A stretch of 60,273 bases of DNA, counting the filler, from Nitrospinae bacterium RIFCSPLOWO2_12_FULL_45_22 (GTDB lineage: Bacteria > 2-12-FULL-45-22), in assembly GCA_001803565.1 (NCBI GenBank). It is 9 parts of 9 records of this genome, joined end to end, with 100 filler letters (N's around TTAATTAATTAA, not from the genome) between each part and the next. Parts side by side here need not be neighbours in the genome. Positions count along the whole stretch, not along the records: positions 54,179 to 60,273 come from MHDQ01000202.1; 8 more parts are not named here. One strand, written 5' to 3'. A program made the translations under genes and the position numbers. Shown here piece by piece: positions 59,108 through 60,273 of this stretch; the first letter of the stretch is position 1, and every line of letters starts with the position of its first letter. A model generated the notes under the pieces. It saw only the letters and a list, made by a program, of their open reading frames with translations. It was not told the origin of the DNA and made no database searches.

Positions 59108-59150
59108 CTTGGTGAAGCTTAGTGGCTCGTGGCTAAATAGTTAAAAGATA

Positions 59151-59777
59151 CTAAAGCTTTTTTAAGAAGCTGACTACCTCCTGGGCAAGGATGGTTTCTT
59201 TGCCCCAGAAGAAATGGTCAGTATCGGGTATGAGGCAGATGGATTTGGGCTCTTGCAAGCTTTCATAAAGAGTGGTTATGCCTTGAGCCGGGCAGAAAGG
59301 GTCCTCTTTGCCAGCCAGAAGGAGTTTGGGTTTAGGACAGGTCTTTAGGTACGAGAAATCATAAAAGCCGATGGGTGGAGCAATGGCTACCCAGCCCTTT
59401 ACCTCGGGGCTTTGAAGGGCTGCCCGTAGTCCTACTAATGCCCCAAAGGAGTAGCCAATCAGGAATAGCTTGGTGACCATAGGCTGGAGATAGGCGATGG
59501 CCGCCAGCACATCGTCTCCTTCTTTCTCACCGCCGGCATGAACCCCCTGGCTACCTCCCACTCCCCTAAAATTGAACCGTAAGGTCATAAAATCTTTTTC
59601 AGGCAATGCCCTGGCTACTGCTACTACTACATTATTGTTCATGTCACCACCAAATTGCGGATGGGGGTGGCAGACTATGGCTCCTCTGGCAGCCTCCTCT
59701 GAGGTACTATGGAGCATCCCTTCCAACAATAGATCACCAGCGTTAAAAACAACCCTTCTTGGTACCATTTTACTCAT
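59151..59777 (-). CDS. Alpha/beta hydrolase
   Basis: HPHPQFGGDMNN, RFNFRGVG, GYSFG, D and H of the catalytic triad. Confidence 0.9.
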   Translation of the reverse strand: MSKMVPRRVVFNAGDLLLEGMLHSTSEEAARGAIVCHPHPQFGGDMNNNVVVAVARALPEKDFMTLRFNFRGVGGSQGVHAGGEKEGDDVLAAIAYLQPMVTKLFLIGYSFGALVGLRAALQSPEVKGWVAIAPPIGFYDFSYLKTCPKPKLLLAGKEDPFCPAQGITTLYESLQEPKSICLIPDTDHFFWGKETILAQEVVSFLKKL

Positions 59778-60273
59778 TGCCTTTTGAGCCAACTATTAAA
59801 GGGCTCTATTACCGGGGAATGGTAAGTGATCCGATCTAAATTAGCCGGGATAGGATAATGGCCATAGGTATGTACTGCCTTAATAACGGTATGGATATGC
59901 TCTGGTGGTGTATCAGCCGGTATATTAGCCAGGAAGATAAAGAATCTCCCATCCCTACCCAGGATATTTATATATTCTTTACTACNNNNNNNNNNNNNNN
60001 NNNNNNNNNNNNNNNNNNNNNNNNNNNNNNNNNNNNNNCGATGATAGGCATCTTGCCATAGAATTTACTCCGATTGTCCCAGGCATATTTTTGGATTACC
60101 GACAAATCCCATTCATGCCCTATACCCATACCGATGAATCCGATTGGCGCACCCATGACTTTGGCCGCAGCCTGGAGACACCTAAGGAGCATCTGAGAGT
60201 CCAGCCTATCTATTCTCTCTTCACAATAATCGGCTGAGGCTACTACTATGACCCTAATGCCTGATTCCCGGCA
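59774..60273 (-). CDS. URO-D/MtaA-family protein, 3' part (gapped, apparent frameshift near 60240)
   Basis: GRDGRFFIFLANIPADTPPEHIH matches the C-terminus of 22720-23892. Confidence 0.65.

Overview
The window is not one continuous locus. It is nine contigs joined by eight artificial 100-bp N-TTAATTAATTAA-N spacers, with three smaller scaffold gaps, so gene neighbourhoods only hold within a contig. The content suggests an anaerobic diderm bacterium from a metagenome bin (inference; the contigs need not come from one organism). Two contigs are mostly housekeeping or metabolic: a ferredoxin/MBL hydrolase/GDH/aminotransferase operon, and a block with thiolase, HMGS-DUF35 fusion, a heteromeric acyl-CoA dehydrogenase pair and BzdNO-like subunits. 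The rest is dense accessory and defence DNA: a sacsin-like GHKL-nuclease with rearranged ATPase motifs, SIR2-HerA, type III Res, PLD-helicase plus ISP-like methylase, many toxin-antitoxin genes and remnants, IS fragments and a group II intron end. The best leads are: (1) an unrecognised, tightly coupled three-gene operon (small protein, PIN-domain protein, AAA+ ATPase) at 47961-51658; (2) integron cassettes with attC sites on three contigs, including an R-M cassette directly behind a tyrosine recombinase that lacks the IntI-specific insertion; (3) a tRNA-like structured RNA inside a nuclease-bearing cassette; (4) a Bub/Bil-like ubiquitination operon led by an unannotated YjzC-like gene, next to an HTH/IrrE regulator pair and bracketed by 76-bp direct repeats.
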